This document shows, one piece after another, positions 50,904-61,673 of a DNA stretch of 64,000 bases. A program made the translations under genes and the position numbers. The notes below the pieces were generated by a model that worked only from the letters and a program-made list of their open reading frames with translations, ran no database searches and was not told the origin of the DNA. The DNA is from Alphaproteobacteria bacterium (GTDB lineage Bacteria; Pseudomonadota; Alphaproteobacteria; GCA-2731375): positions 32,001 through 96,000 of the forward strand of contig CBDDBZ010000037.1 of assembly GCA_965225945.1 (NCBI GenBank), written 5' to 3'. Position 1 is the stretch's first letter; each line of letters begins with the position of its first letter.

Positions 50904-52253
50904 TCAGACATTCGGCGCGGCGAAGGCCGCCTCCATTTCGCGCCGCGCATGCAGTGCCGGATCGGTCTCGTCGAGCGCGACGTCGCCCCAGACCAAGAGT
51001 TCGCCGGCCGCGACGTCGCGGGTGAGGGCTGCCTCGCTCGCCAGGCCGAGGGGCAGCCCGCCGATCTCGAGCGAGCGGGCGGCGGGGAGCTGCTTGCCCC
51101 AGACCGTGTAGCCGCCCTCGCCGTCGAGCACTTCACCGGCCACAAGATCGCGCTTGGCGGTGGCGACGACATCGGAACGCCATCCCGTCGGCGCCCCCGT
51201 CGCCTCGCCCCTGAGCGCGACGCTGGCCAGCGTGACGCCCAATTCCAGCCCGATCATGTGGGTCGGCCGGTAGAGCGCGAAGTGTTCATAGGTCTCGTCC
51301 GGCAGGAAGCCATACTGTCGATTGCATTCACGGACGTAGGCATGATCCGCCTCGATGACGACAAATGTACCCATTCGGAGGTGATGGGCGATCTCGTTCA
51401 TCCCGCCGTCGAGCGAGGAGACCACCTCGGTCGTGCCCTTGTGGCTGAGCCGGCCGCCGGCGCCGAGGGGCTTACAGATCGAGGCCAGCTCGTAGCACGA
51501 GGCGGTGGGGAAGGCGAGCCCGTCCGGCTGCGGGGTGAGCCCGGTGGCGTTACAGACCGCGGTCATCTCGATGCCGGATTTGCTGCCGTCGTGGAAGCTG
51601 TTGAACATCTTCGCATTGAGCCCGTCGGCCGCCGCCTGTTCGGCCGAGATGTAGAAATGCTCCCAGACCGTCTCCGGCGTCGATTGATGGAAGCTCGGGT
51701 GATAGCGCGTGCCCTTGCCGGCGGAGACGATCTCGAAACCGCAGGTTCGCGCCCAATCGACATGCTCGCAGATCAGCGCCGGCTGGTCGCCGTAGGCGAG
51801 GCTGTAGACGACGCCCGCCTCGCCCGCCTTGCGGGCCAGCAGGGGGCCGGCGACGACGTCGGCCTCGACGTTGACCATGACGATGTGACGGCCGGCCGCG
51901 ATCGCCATCAGCGCATGGCGGATACCGACCCGGGGATCGCCCGTCGCCTCGATCACGATATCGAGGCCGTCGGCCTCGATCAGCGCCGCCGCGTCCTCGC
52001 TCAGGTGGGTGGCGCCACCGCTCAACGCCGCGGCCAAGGACGGCGCGGCGTAGGCCGCCTCGTCCCAGCCGGTGACGCGGCAGGCGGTGCGCGCCCGTTC
52101 GACGTCCAGGTCGGCGATGCCCAGCACGTGGATCCCCGTGGTGCGCCGCGCCTGGGACAAAACCATGGCGCCGAACTTGCCGGCGCCGATCAGCCCGACG
52201 CGCACCGGCCGGCCGGCCTCGGCGCGGGCCGCCAAGAGAGCGTGGAGGTTCAT
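50904..52253 (-). CDS. NAD(P)-dependent oxidoreductase, homoserine dehydrogenase-like with C-terminal SAF domain
   Basis: GLIGAGKFG, MVNVEAD, YGDQP, DGSKS, LYRPTH and LDGEGGYTVWG. Confidence 0.9.
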   Translation of the reverse strand: MNLHALLAARAEAGRPVRVGLIGAGKFGAMVLSQARRTTGIHVLGIADLDVERARTACRVTGWDEAAYAAPSLAAALSGGATHLSEDAAALIEADGLDIVIEATGDPRVGIRHALMAIAAGRHIVMVNVEADVVAGPLLARKAGEAGVVYSLAYGDQPALICEHVDWARTCGFEIVSAGKGTRYHPSFHQSTPETVWEHFYISAEQAAADGLNAKMFNSFHDGSKSGIEMTAVCNATGLTPQPDGLAFPTASCYELASICKPLGAGGRLSHKGTTEVVSSLDGGMNEIAHHLRMGTFVVIEADHAYVRECNRQYGFLPDETYEHFALYRPTHMIGLELGVTLASVALRGEATGAPTGWRSDVVATAKRDLVAGEVLDGEGGYTVWGKQLPAARSLEIGGLPLGLASEAALTRDVAAGELLVWGDVALDETDPALHARREMEAAFAAPNV

Positions 52254-52283
52254 GGCTCTTTCCTTTGCGCCCGCGAGCGCGCG

Positions 52284-53066
52284 TCAGGCCGCGTCGGCCA
52301 GCAGGCAATCGTCGGCCAGCGGCGTGATCGGCGTGAAGTCGCGATGGGCGATCCATTCCGCCCGCTGGTAGCGCTGGATCGCGTTGTCGACCCGGTTGGC
52401 GCTGATATAGACGATGGTGCGGCCCCAGGGCGTCATGTTGGGGGGCGAGCCGTGCACCAGGTTGCAGTGGAACAGGACGGCGCCGCCCGGTGGCCCCTTG
52501 GGCGCGACGATGCCATGCGCGTCGACCAGCCGCCCCATGGTGTCGTTGTCGATGGTCCAGAGCGGATAGCTGGTGGTGGCCGTGTCGTGCCCGGCCTCGA
52601 TCACGCCGCCCCGGTGGCTGCCGGGAATGAAGTAGAGCGGGCCGTTGAACTCGTTCACCTCGTCCAGGAAGATCGCCAGGTTCATCGCCCGGGGCTCGGG
52701 CATCTCGTCGTCGCGCGACCAGACGCCGTAATCTTGGTGCCATTGCCAGACGTCGCCGTCGAAGGCGGCCTTGGCGTTGAGCTTGAATTGATGGATGTAG
52801 ACCGCGCCGCCCAGCAGCTCCATCGCCGGCCCGACCAGGCGGGGGTGGCGGGCGAGCTTTCGATAGAGTTCGGAGAAGCGGTGCGCGGCGAACACCGTGC
52901 GCACGGTGCGGCCGTCCTTCTCGCGGACGATCTCGTCGCGCTCGAGGCCGTAGAGCCGGCCCGCCTCCTCCAGCATGACGCCCGCTTCCCGGCGGCTGAA
53001 GAGCTCGGGGAAGAAGAGGTAGCCCTCTTCGTCGAATTGCCGCTTCTCGGCCTCGCTCAGTCGCAT
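52284..53066 (-). CDS. Fe(II)/2-oxoglutarate dioxygenase (PhyH/ectoine hydroxylase-like)
   Basis: FDEEGYL, HQFKLNAK, WHQDYG, NGPLYFIPGSH and LVHGS. Confidence 0.92.
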   Translation of the reverse strand: MRLSEAEKRQFDEEGYLFFPELFSRREAGVMLEEAGRLYGLERDEIVREKDGRTVRTVFAAHRFSELYRKLARHPRLVGPAMELLGGAVYIHQFKLNAKAAFDGDVWQWHQDYGVWSRDDEMPEPRAMNLAIFLDEVNEFNGPLYFIPGSHRGGVIEAGHDTATTSYPLWTIDNDTMGRLVDAHGIVAPKGPPGGAVLFHCNLVHGSPPNMTPWGRTIVYISANRVDNAIQRYQRAEWIAHRDFTPITPLADDCLLADAA

Positions 53067-53250
53067 TTTCGTCTCCCTCGCCGACGCTGGGTGATTTTAC
53101 CACGAACCGGCGATCGGCGTCATCGCGAAGTCCGGCTCTGGATCGCCACGGTGCGCGGCGGCGTCTCCCAGGCCCGCTTCGACCTCGGCCAGAACGGCTT
53201 CCGTCCAATTGCGATCGCTTCCGGCGATCCAACCGGCGGATGAAGCAGCT

Positions 53251-53377
53251 TTAGCGGATGAGTTGCGCCTCGCCGATCAGCTCCGCGATCTCGCGGCGCA
53301 GCAGGAATTTCTGGATCTTCCCGCTCGGGGTCAACGGAAACTCGTCGCGGATTTCGAGCCGCTCCGGCAGCTTCCAG
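53251..53377 (-). pseudogene. C-terminal fragment of an acyl-CoA synthetase
   Basis: Reads [40 protein letters not shown] (A10 PxTxSGK motif). Confidence 0.75.
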
Positions 53378-53521
53378 GCGCTCACCCGCTTGGTCTTGGG
53401 CGTCGAGCTGCAGCCCGGCGACCCCATGGACTACGAGACCTTTCCGGTGGTCTGGCCAAGCACCGATAGGACATGATGGGGGACCCGACCGGTTCGGCAA
53501 CTAAGGAAAACGGGGTTCGGC

Positions 53522-53911
53522 ATGGACATATCTCTCTTTCTCGCCAAGGTTTTCGGCGTCTACCTCATCGTGACGGGTGTTGCCGTACCACTCCGACGCA
53601 AAGAGTTGATTCCGGCGATTGAGCAGCTCTTCGACAACCGGCCGCTCGTCTACATCTTGAGCGTCTTCGCCTTCGTCGTCGGCCTCCTGGCCGTCGTGAG
53701 CCACAACGTTTGGGTCGCCGGCTGGCCCGTCGTCCTTACGATTCTCGCCTGGCTGATTTTCCTGGAGGCGATCGCCTATCTGCTCCTGCCCTTCGAGGTG
53801 CTGGCGCGGTTTGCTCGCTGGTTCAACACTCCGGCATGGCACGTCGGCGGCGGCGCGGGCGCCTTCGTCCTTGGCGTTTTCTTAGCGGGTAAGGGATTCC
53901 AGCTGCTTTGA
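53522..53911 (+). CDS. Small four-TM membrane protein
   Basis: Hydrophobic 129 aa with an HNVW..GWPV.LTIL.W pattern. Confidence 0.75.
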   Translation: MDISLFLAKVFGVYLIVTGVAVPLRRKELIPAIEQLFDNRPLVYILSVFAFVVGLLAVVSHNVWVAGWPVVLTILAWLIFLEAIAYLLLPFEVLARFARWFNTPAWHVGGGAGAFVLGVFLAGKGFQLL

Positions 53912-54069
53912 CGAAGAATAGAGGTCGGACTGCGATTTCCTGAATTTATGCAGGAGGCTGTCATGGTCCGTCGGCCGCGTATCCAATGTTTTCTGGTCGC
54001 GCTCTGGCCCGGGTTCGCCTTGGCCTAGTCGGCAGCTTATCCAGAGGCTCAAGCGGTGTGTAGAAGGGA

Positions 54070-54350
54070 GGCGGGCACTGCCACTGTATAGACTGCAGGA
54101 AGTCCAGCGGCACGGGCCATTGTTCTCACATGGTGGTGCCGGAGGACTCGTTGCGGCTCACCGGCGAGGTCAGGATCTTCGACATGCCCGCCGACAGCGG
54201 CAACATGGTGAGCCGGGGGTTCTTCCCAACCTGTGGCTGCCCGTTCATTCGACCAATTCCGGCATGCCCGGGATGGTCGTCGTCCGCGCGTCCAGCCTCG
54301 ACGATCCAGGCGTCTTCGAGCCGCAGATGGTGACCTACGCCAAGCGGGCG
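54070..54350 (+). pseudogene. GFA-family (glutathione-dependent formaldehyde-activating) fragment
   Basis: GHCHCIDCRKSSG..ADSGNMVSRGFFPTCG, then a frameshift to VRASSLDDP; both ends are missing. Confidence 0.82.
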
Positions 54351-54364
54351 GTTGATGGGGTTCC

Positions 54365-55104
54365 GTCGGCACGGCGGAAGACACCCTGCAACGGAAGACC
54401 GAGGGCGGACCCGACCGCGAGGCCGCCGCATCCGCCTCCGCCGCGAGCGGCTCACGGGCCGAGGCGTCGGCGGCGCCCGCATCGAGGCCGGCGCCCGGAC
54501 GCTTTCGCGGGCCGAGAGGCGCGCGCGGGGTCTTCGGGGCCCGCGACTTTGCCCGCGACGACGACGTTTATCGGGCGATATATTCTTGGCTTTGAATATG
54601 CAGGAGTCCACCAAATCATTGAAAATCATTGCCGTTCCGACATCGCCCCGGCGGGGGGCGGTCTCGTTCTGCAAAATTGGCGTTTTTTATAAAAAGATAC
54701 ATAATACCATATATACAGTACTATATTGGCCATCCACAACCCCGTCGCCGTGTGCGCCCCTGGTCCGAGACATCGCTCCCGGATCGACGTCGCCCGTGCC
54801 CCGGCCGCCAAACGCGGCCCGACGCCGCGGCCGGCTCCTGAACCTCGCAACGAGGCCGCCCGACCTCTCGATCGCGGGAACCTCAAGCGAATCACGCGGC
54901 AAGCCGTGCGGCCTTCTTTCTTCGACGCCTTGCCGGTCTCCGCCGCCTCGGCCCGGGCGAAGCCTCCCCCATGGGCTCGACGGCGGGGTGCGACGGATCT
55001 CGGGTAATGGGGTCGGGCGCCCTTACTCTTGAGTTTTCGACGCCCCGGATCCTGGCAAGCGATGGTGCGTAAAGGTGCCTGCGTAAAGGTGCCTAACCCC
55101 TTTT
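54365..55104 (-). repeat. Copy 2 of the long non-coding RAYT-motif-capped element
   Basis: Reverse complement aligns with 1726-2058 plus 5125-5411; ends GGTGCCTAACCCCTTTT with a 14-bp tandem duplication (55066-55093). Confidence 0.85.
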
Positions 55105-55147
55105 CTTCCTTTTCTTGACCCCTTTTCTCTTTTGGACGGATGCTGCT

Positions 55148-55285
55148 CTAGCGGATGAGTTGCGCCTCGCCGATCAGCTCCGCGAACTGCGCGCCATCTT
55201 CCTCCAGGGCAAAATGGCCCGTATCCAGCAGGTGAAACTCCAGGTTCTTGAGGTCGCGCCAGTAGGGATAGGCGCCTTCGCCGTC
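55148..55285 (-). pseudogene. C-terminal fragment of an alpha/beta hydrolase
   Basis: Reads [30 protein letters not shown] (catalytic-His GHFALE motif). Confidence 0.75.
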
Positions 55286-55336
55286 CAGTGCATTCGGAGC
55301 GGTCCTTTCATCGAGCAGGGGGAACGTCGTCAGGAA

Positions 55337-57156
55337 TCAGACTCCTGCCATGATTTTCTTCACGTCGTCGAGGCCGAGCGCGTTACCGGCCACACCCCAC
55401 TGGCCGTCCTTGACTTCTTCGATGATCACCCAGGTCACGTCGCGTAATTTTTCGTTGGTCACTTCAGTGACGGCGTCCGTGATCTTGCCGATCAAATCCT
55501 TGGAGTAACTGCCCAGGTAGCTGATTTCGATGAGGCTGCGGATTGGGTCTCTGGGGGCAGATTTTGTGGGTTTGGGGCGCTGACGGCCTAGATTTCGTTT
55601 GACAGAGGGTGGTTGGTCGATTCTAAGGATTCGATGGATAGGGATGTTCTTGCCTTTTTGTCGAAAGACGAGCTGATCGATGTGGTGCTGGCCCAAGGGT
55701 CGCGGCTCGCCGAGTTCGAACTCCGGCTTGGTGAACTCGAGCGCCGGCTTGGCCTGAACAGCACGAACAGCGGCAAGCCACCGTCGAGCGATGGATTGAA
55801 CAAGCCACCGGCGGGTAAAAAGAAGCGCACCAGGAGCCTCCGTAAGAAATCGGCCCGCAAGCCGGGCGGGCAAAAGGGCCACAAGGGCGAGACCCTGCGC
55901 CAAGTCGCCGATCCCGACGCCACCGTCGACCATTATCCCGAGACGTGCCAGTGGTGTGGTTCGGGATTGACGCCGGATATGGCTACCGGCCATGGGGCCC
56001 GCCAGGTTTTCGATCTACCCGAGCCCCGGCCCCTGGTGGTCACGGAGCATCGGGCGCATCGCTGCCGTTGCGGGCATTGCGGCACGTACACTCGGGCTTC
56101 TTTTCCCGTCGCCATCACCGGCCCGGTTCAATACGGCGCTCGGATCGGAGCCATGGTGGTCTACCTGTCGCACTACCAACTCCTGCCCGAGGACCGCCTG
56201 GCTGAATTGATGAAGGATCTGTTCGGGGCGGAACTGTCTCCGGCGAGCCTCGCGCGGATGGGCGGGAACAGCGCCGAGTCCGTCCAAGGCGTCGTCGATG
56301 TGATCCGCGAACTGGTGAAATCGGCGCCGGTCAAGCACATGGACGAGACCGGCTTGCGGATCGCCGGGCGGACCCAATGGTTGCACGTCGCCTCGACCGC
56401 GCGGTTGACCTTCTATCGGGTCTCGGAGCGACGCGGCAGCCTGCTCGGCGGAGTCGGCGGCATCGTCGTCCATGACCACTGGAAGCCGTACTTTACGATG
56501 GAGGGCGTACGGCACGCGCTGTGCAACGCCCATCACCTGCGCGAGTTGCAAGCCCTGATCGAGATCGAGAAGGAGGGCTGGGCACGCAAGATGCAGAGAC
56601 TATTGCGCCGCGCCTGCCACGCGGTAAATCTCGCCCGGGAGCGGGGCGTGGCGCTGAAACCAGGCCTCGTCGAGCGCTTCCGAGGGTGTTACGACGCGAT
56701 CACGGCCGAGGGCATCGCCTTTCACGAGGCACAACCTCCTCTTGCGCCCAGATCAAGCAAGGCCAAGCGCCGGGGAAGCAAGCCGCGCCGCACCGGGCAC
56801 AACCTTCTCCGGCGCCTTCAGACACACAAGGAAGACGCGCTGCGCTTCCTCATCAATTTCGCCGTGCCGTTCACCAACAATCAGGCCGAGCAGGACGGGC
56901 GCATGATGAAGGTCAAGCAGAAAATCTCCGGCGGCTTCCGCAGCCAGAAAGGCGCCGAAGACTTTGCCACCGTCCGCGGCTTCATCTCGACCGCCAGAAA
57001 ACAGGGCTGGAACATCATCCAGGCGCTCATGGAAAATCCCGAAACCCTGATCGAGCGTCTCCACGCCGCCTAAAAGGCCACCATGTACCTGGGCAGTTAC
57101 TCCTTGGATTGATCGGCGCTGAGTTCGTCCTTGAAGACTTTGACGTTAATAAGCGG
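55337..57156 (-). pseudogene. 4-oxalocrotonate tautomerase-family gene split by IS66
   Basis: PLINVKVFKDELSADQSK (57101-57156) joins DLIGKITDAVTEV..TWVIIEEVKDGQWGVAG; no in-frame ATG before Pro1. Confidence 0.85.
55505..57100 (+). mobile_element. IS66-family element, single-ORF type (transposase about 55634-57073)
   Basis: Perfect 15-bp IR GTAACTGCCCAGGTA; 8-bp TSD TCCTTGGA; NSGKPPSSD, DETG, CNAHHLREL and FTNNQAEQD. Confidence 0.95.
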
Positions 57157-57401
57157 CCACAGTACACGACTCGTTCATGCTGGCTTTGGCCTGGGCACCT
57201 GGACTGGTGGTTTTCCGGGGACGAGGAAACGAATCAGCTCAATGGCTTGACGCCTGTCGATAGGATTGACGAGCTGTCGCCTTATCTGTGGAACGGCGTG
57301 CAAAGTTGACCCCTGTTGAGGGGTGATCGGCGTCCAAATTTGACCCCCTGAGCCTGGCTAGTCCAAGTCACCTCGTTTTTGGGCGGACGAGGTGGTGGGG
57401 G

Positions 57402-60090
57402 ATGTTGGTCGTGGAGACGATAGCGCGGATCCGGCGGGAGTATTTCGTCAAGGGGAAGCCGATCAAGGAGATCGTGCGGGACGTGAAGGTCTCGGGCAAC
57501 ACGGTGCGCAAGGTGATCCGTTCGCAGGCGACGGCGTTCACCTACGACCGGCGGGTCCAGCCGATGCCGAAGCTGGGGCCGTGGACGGCCGAGCTGGAGC
57601 GGATGCTGGAGGCCAACGAGACCAAGTCGAAGCGGGAGCGGCTGACGCTGCTACGGATCTCCGAAGCCCTCGAGGGTCTGGGCTATGGCGGCGGCTACGA
57701 CGCGGTGCGGCGCTACGCCAAGGCGTGGCGGTGGCGCCGCTCGGCATCGACGGCGCAGACCTATGTGCCGTTGGTGTTCTCGCCGGGCGAGGCCTATCAG
57801 TTCGACTGGAGCCACGAGTACGTGGTGCTGGCGGGGGTGACGACCAAGGTCAAGGTCGCGCACGTCCGGCTGCTTACCACCCATCAGATTTTGCTTGCCT
57901 TGTAGAATCTTGATGTGATTCAAGGAATCCGCCCTTTTCACAGGCGGAGTTCGACGGATGGTTGGTATCGAGATGCTGTCGGGGACGATCGGTGAGGACA
58001 TGCTGGGGCGTCTTGCCGGGCAGACTGTCGCTTTTGGTGGCGACGATGCTGGACGTTCGGAGCGCGAACCTGATGGACTTGGCGGCGTCCCTGCCGCGCG
58101 CGGCAGAACGGCTGGACATGCGCTATCAGTGGATCAGCCGGCTTTTGGGCAACGACTTGATCGAGGTCGACGCGGTGATGGCGCCTTACGGACGCGACGT
58201 TCTGGCGCGGGTCGGGGCAGGCGGGCAACAAATTGTCCTGATCATGGACCAGACCCAGTTGACGGCCCGCCATCAGGCGGTGATGGTGGCGGTGCGGATC
58301 GCCGGGCGGGCGTTGCCGCTGTCATGGCGGATCAAGGAGACCCGAGGGGCGATCGGCTTTGGCGAGCAGCGCGAGGCATTGGAGGCGGTCGTGGCGTTGC
58401 TGCCCGCCAGCGCCAAGCCTGTGCTGATGGGCGACCGTTTCTACGGTTCGCCCGCCTTGATCGCCTGGTGCCGGGACCAGGGCTGGGACTGGCGCTTGCG
58501 GCTCAAGCAGCACCTGTTGGTGTTCGAGGACGGTGGGGAGACCACCCTGGCCGAGTGTTTCGCCCGGGGCGAGCACATGCTCACCGGCATCGACCTCACC
58601 GAGAAGCGGGTCGCCACCAACGTCGCCATGGTGCACGAGGCGGGCCACCCGGAGCCCTGGATCATCGCGCTGTCCGAAGCCCCCACCAAACATCGGGCCT
58701 TCGATTACGGGCTCCGGTGGGGCATTGAACCCATGTTCTCCGACTTCAAAACCCGAGGCTTCGGTATTGAGGACAGCCACATCCAACGCACCGACCGCTT
58801 GGGTCGCCTTATCCTGGTCATGGCGCTGGCGCTGTTCTGGGCCGTGTCCGTCGGCATGTGGGACGTGGTCAACAAGGCCACCCCGGGCGAAAAAAACCGC
58901 CGGAAAAGCGACCCCGCAACCTGCTACGCAGCCTGACATCGCTGTTCAAACGTGGCATCCGCCGCATCCAGACCTGCCTCCAGCGACTCATCCCCCTCCC
59001 GCCCCTCTGGGAAGTCTGGAGAAATTGATGGGTGGTGAGCGTCCGGCTGTGCCACAGCCGAATGTTCTTCGTCCGCGCTTATCCGCGCGAGAGCCAGGAG
59101 ATGGTGTTCGACGCCCACGACCGGGCATTCCGGCTGTTCCAGGGTGCCTGCCGGCGAGGCATCTACGACAACATGAAGACGGCGGTGCAGACCGTCCTCA
59201 TCGGCAAGGAGCGCGCGTTCAACCGGCGCTTCGTGCAGATGTGTGGCCACTACCTGGTCGAACCGACAGCATGCACGCCGGGAGCGGGATGGGAGAAGGG
59301 GCAGGTCGAGAACCAGGTCGGGATCATCCGCGGTCGGTTCTTCACCCCGCGGCTGCGCTTCAAGACCTACGACGAGCTCAACGCCTGGCTCTTGGACCAG
59401 TGCGTCGCCTACGCCCGGCGTCATCCCCACCCGGTGTTCAAGGACAGGACTGTCTGGCAGGTGTTCGAGGACGAGCGTCCGTCCCTGGTCGGCTATCGCG
59501 GGCCGTTCGACGGCTTCCACGCGGTCCCGGCGTCGGTGTCGAAGACCTGCCTGGTGCGCTTCGACAGCAACAAGTACAGCGTGGCGGCGCGCGCCGTCGG
59601 CCGTCCGGTCGAGGTCCATGCCTACGCCGATCGCATCGTCATCCGCCAGGACGGCGAGATCGTCGCCGAGCATGCCCGGCGCTTCGGCCGCGACCAGACC
59701 GTCTATGACCCGTGGCACTACGTGCCCGTGCTGGCGAGGAAGCCCGGTGCGCTTCGTAACGGCGCGCCGTTCAAGGACTGGGCGCTGCCCGGCGCCCTGG
59801 GTCGCGTGCGCGTCCGGCTCGCCGGCCACGACGACGGCGACAGGCAGATGGTCGAGATCCTCACCGCCGTGCTGGCGGATGGGCTGGCGGCGGTGGAGGC
59901 CGCCTGTGCCGAGGCGCTCGCTGGCGGCGTGTGCAGCGCCGACGTCGTGCTCAACATCCTCAATCGTCGGCGCCAGCCGTCCGAGACGGCGCCGATCCCG
60001 ACGCCCGCGAACCTGCGTCTTCGCTTTGAGCCGGTGGCCGATTGCACCCGCTACGACCGCTTGAGGGGGGTCGGCCATGGAGCGCCATGA
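57402..60090 (+). pseudogene. istA: IS21 transposase split by IS4 (57402-57872 and 59040-60090)
   Basis: FSPGEAYQFDWS..AHVRL|CHSRM..YDNMKTAV..WEKGQVE. Confidence 0.92.
57873..59039 (+). mobile_element. IS4-family element (transposase about 57958-59028, with frame breaks)
   Basis: IRs CTTACCACCCATCA / TGATGGGTGGTGAG; 10-bp TSD CGTCCGGCTG; MDQT, GDRFYG and YGLRWGIEPMFSDFK. Confidence 0.92.
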
Positions 60091-60805
60091 GGTCCTGGAG
60101 ATGATGGCCGCACTCAAGCTCGCCGGCATGCGCGACGCGTTCGACGAGGTGCTCGCCGACGGCCTCAAGCGCCAGCATCCGATGCAGCGAATCATCGGCG
60201 AGCTGTTGAAGGCCGAGATCGCCGACAAGCAGGCGCGATCCATCAAGTACCAGATGAGTGGCGCCAAGCTGCCGCTGGCCAAGGAGCTGGCCGACTTCGA
60301 CTTCACCGACACCCCGGTCAACGAGCCGCTGGTCCGCGAGTTGGCGGTCGGCGGCTTCCTGGCCAACCAGCGCAACGCCGTGCTGATCGGCGGCACCGGC
60401 ACCGGCAAGAGCCATCTCGCCGTCGCCATCGCGCGGGCCTGCATCCGCGATGGCGCCCGGGGCCGCTTCTTCAACGTCGTCGACCTGGTCAACCGGCTCG
60501 AGGCCGAAGCCCGCGCCGGCCGCCAGGGCCGGCTCGCCGATCAGCTGGCCCGGCGCGACCTCGTCATCCTCGACGAGCTCGGCTACCTGCCCTTCGCCCA
60601 AACCGGAGGCCAGCTGCTGTTCCACCTCGTCAGCCGGCTCTACGAGCGCACCTCGATCATCGTCACCACCAACCTGACCTTCGGCGAATGGCCGTCCGTC
60701 TTCGGCGACGCCAAGATGACCACCGCGCTCCTCGATCGTCTGACGCACCACTGCGAGATCATCGAGACCGGAAACGACTCCTGGCGCTTCAAGAATCGGT
60801 CCTAA
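60077..60805 (+). CDS. istB: IS21 helper ATPase
   Basis: [21 protein letters not shown] and LLDRLTHH. Confidence 0.95.
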   Translation: MERHEVLEMMAALKLAGMRDAFDEVLADGLKRQHPMQRIIGELLKAEIADKQARSIKYQMSGAKLPLAKELADFDFTDTPVNEPLVRELAVGGFLANQRNAVLIGGTGTGKSHLAVAIARACIRDGARGRFFNVVDLVNRLEAEARAGRQGRLADQLARRDLVILDELGYLPFAQTGGQLLFHLVSRLYERTSIIVTTNLTFGEWPSVFGDAKMTTALLDRLTHHCEIIETGNDSWRFKNRS

Positions 60806-61008
60806 AGGCAACCGATCCACCTGCCGCCCGGTCGCCCAGGTGGGCCCACAGGAACCTCCCACGCGCGGTCCGCCGCCAGCCGCGTGGTGGGCGCGTCGGC
60901 CCGCGCGCGGGCCCCTCCTATGGACTACCTGTACGACCTCCGCCGTGCATCCCCAAAGGGGTCAACATTGCACGCCGATAGGGGGTCAATGTTCAACGCC
61001 GATTGACA

Positions 61009-61673
61009 GTCGTCAACGACACGGGCCGTCACTTTGTTGCTGTCGCGGTCTTTCATACCAACAACGGCGGTCTTGCCAACTGCACCACGTCCGGTGCCCG
61101 CCAACTCTTTGCGCTTGGCCTTGCTCATGTTCTTGCGCTTGCCGCCAAAGTAAGTTTCGTCTACCTCGACCGGGCCGTCGAAAGGTTCGCCGTTCTCGCC
61201 CGCCCACGCTTCACGGATACGGTGCAACATGAACCAAGCTGTAGGCTGGGATACGCCGATATCGCGGGACAGTTTCATGCTGGCGACGCTTTTAAGGCTG
61301 GTAAGGCACAAGTAGATGGCGATGGCCCACTTGCGAAGCGGGACGTTGGAGCGGGCAATCGGCGTTCCGGTGCGGACGCTGAAATACGACCGGCAGTCAG
61401 AGCACCAATAGGGCATCGGTTTGGCGTTCGGGACTTCGCGCGTCCGAACGCTCCCGCACTTGCCGCAATGCCGCTCGCCGTCACGCCAGATAACGGACTC
61501 GAACCATGCCGTCGCGGCAGCCTCATCCGGGAACATGTCCATGAGCTGGACCAGCGTAACGCCTTCGCGATGGGCTTTGCCTGGGGCTTTCTGCGTCATG
61601 TCCGTGTCTCCCTTCCAACACCTTGGAATATAGGGAGTCAGTCAGCTAATGTCAAGTAGTCTTTATAATCCCC
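61009..61673 (-). mobile_element. 3'-truncated IS1595-family element (transposase from 61599)
   Basis: Left end GGGGATTAT; CGKC..CSDC and VEVDETY; cut off exactly at the IS21 end. Confidence 0.88.

Larger units (their letters stand above)
57287..61008 (+). mobile_element. IS21-family element interrupted by IS4
   Basis: TGT..ACA ends with repeated CGGCGT..TTGACCCC boxes; no matching TSD. Confidence 0.9.

Noticed and set aside
48531-53243. Long plus-strand ORFs (787 and 764 aa) and similar shadows such as 12010-13974, 20839-22578, 32145-34463 and 58924-60492
   Set aside because: They are antisense shadows of well-supported genes in high-GC DNA, with no recognisable domains.
54695-54725. LexA box in the AT-rich core (..ATATATACAGTA)
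   Set aside because: Only a half-site of the gammaproteobacterial CTG-N10-CAG consensus is present, and it does not match the alphaproteobacterial GTTC-N7-GTTC type.
54352-55032. 226-aa ORF spanning the long repeated element
   Set aside because: The frame is not conserved in copy 1 (indels and stops) and the composition is low-complexity R/P/G.
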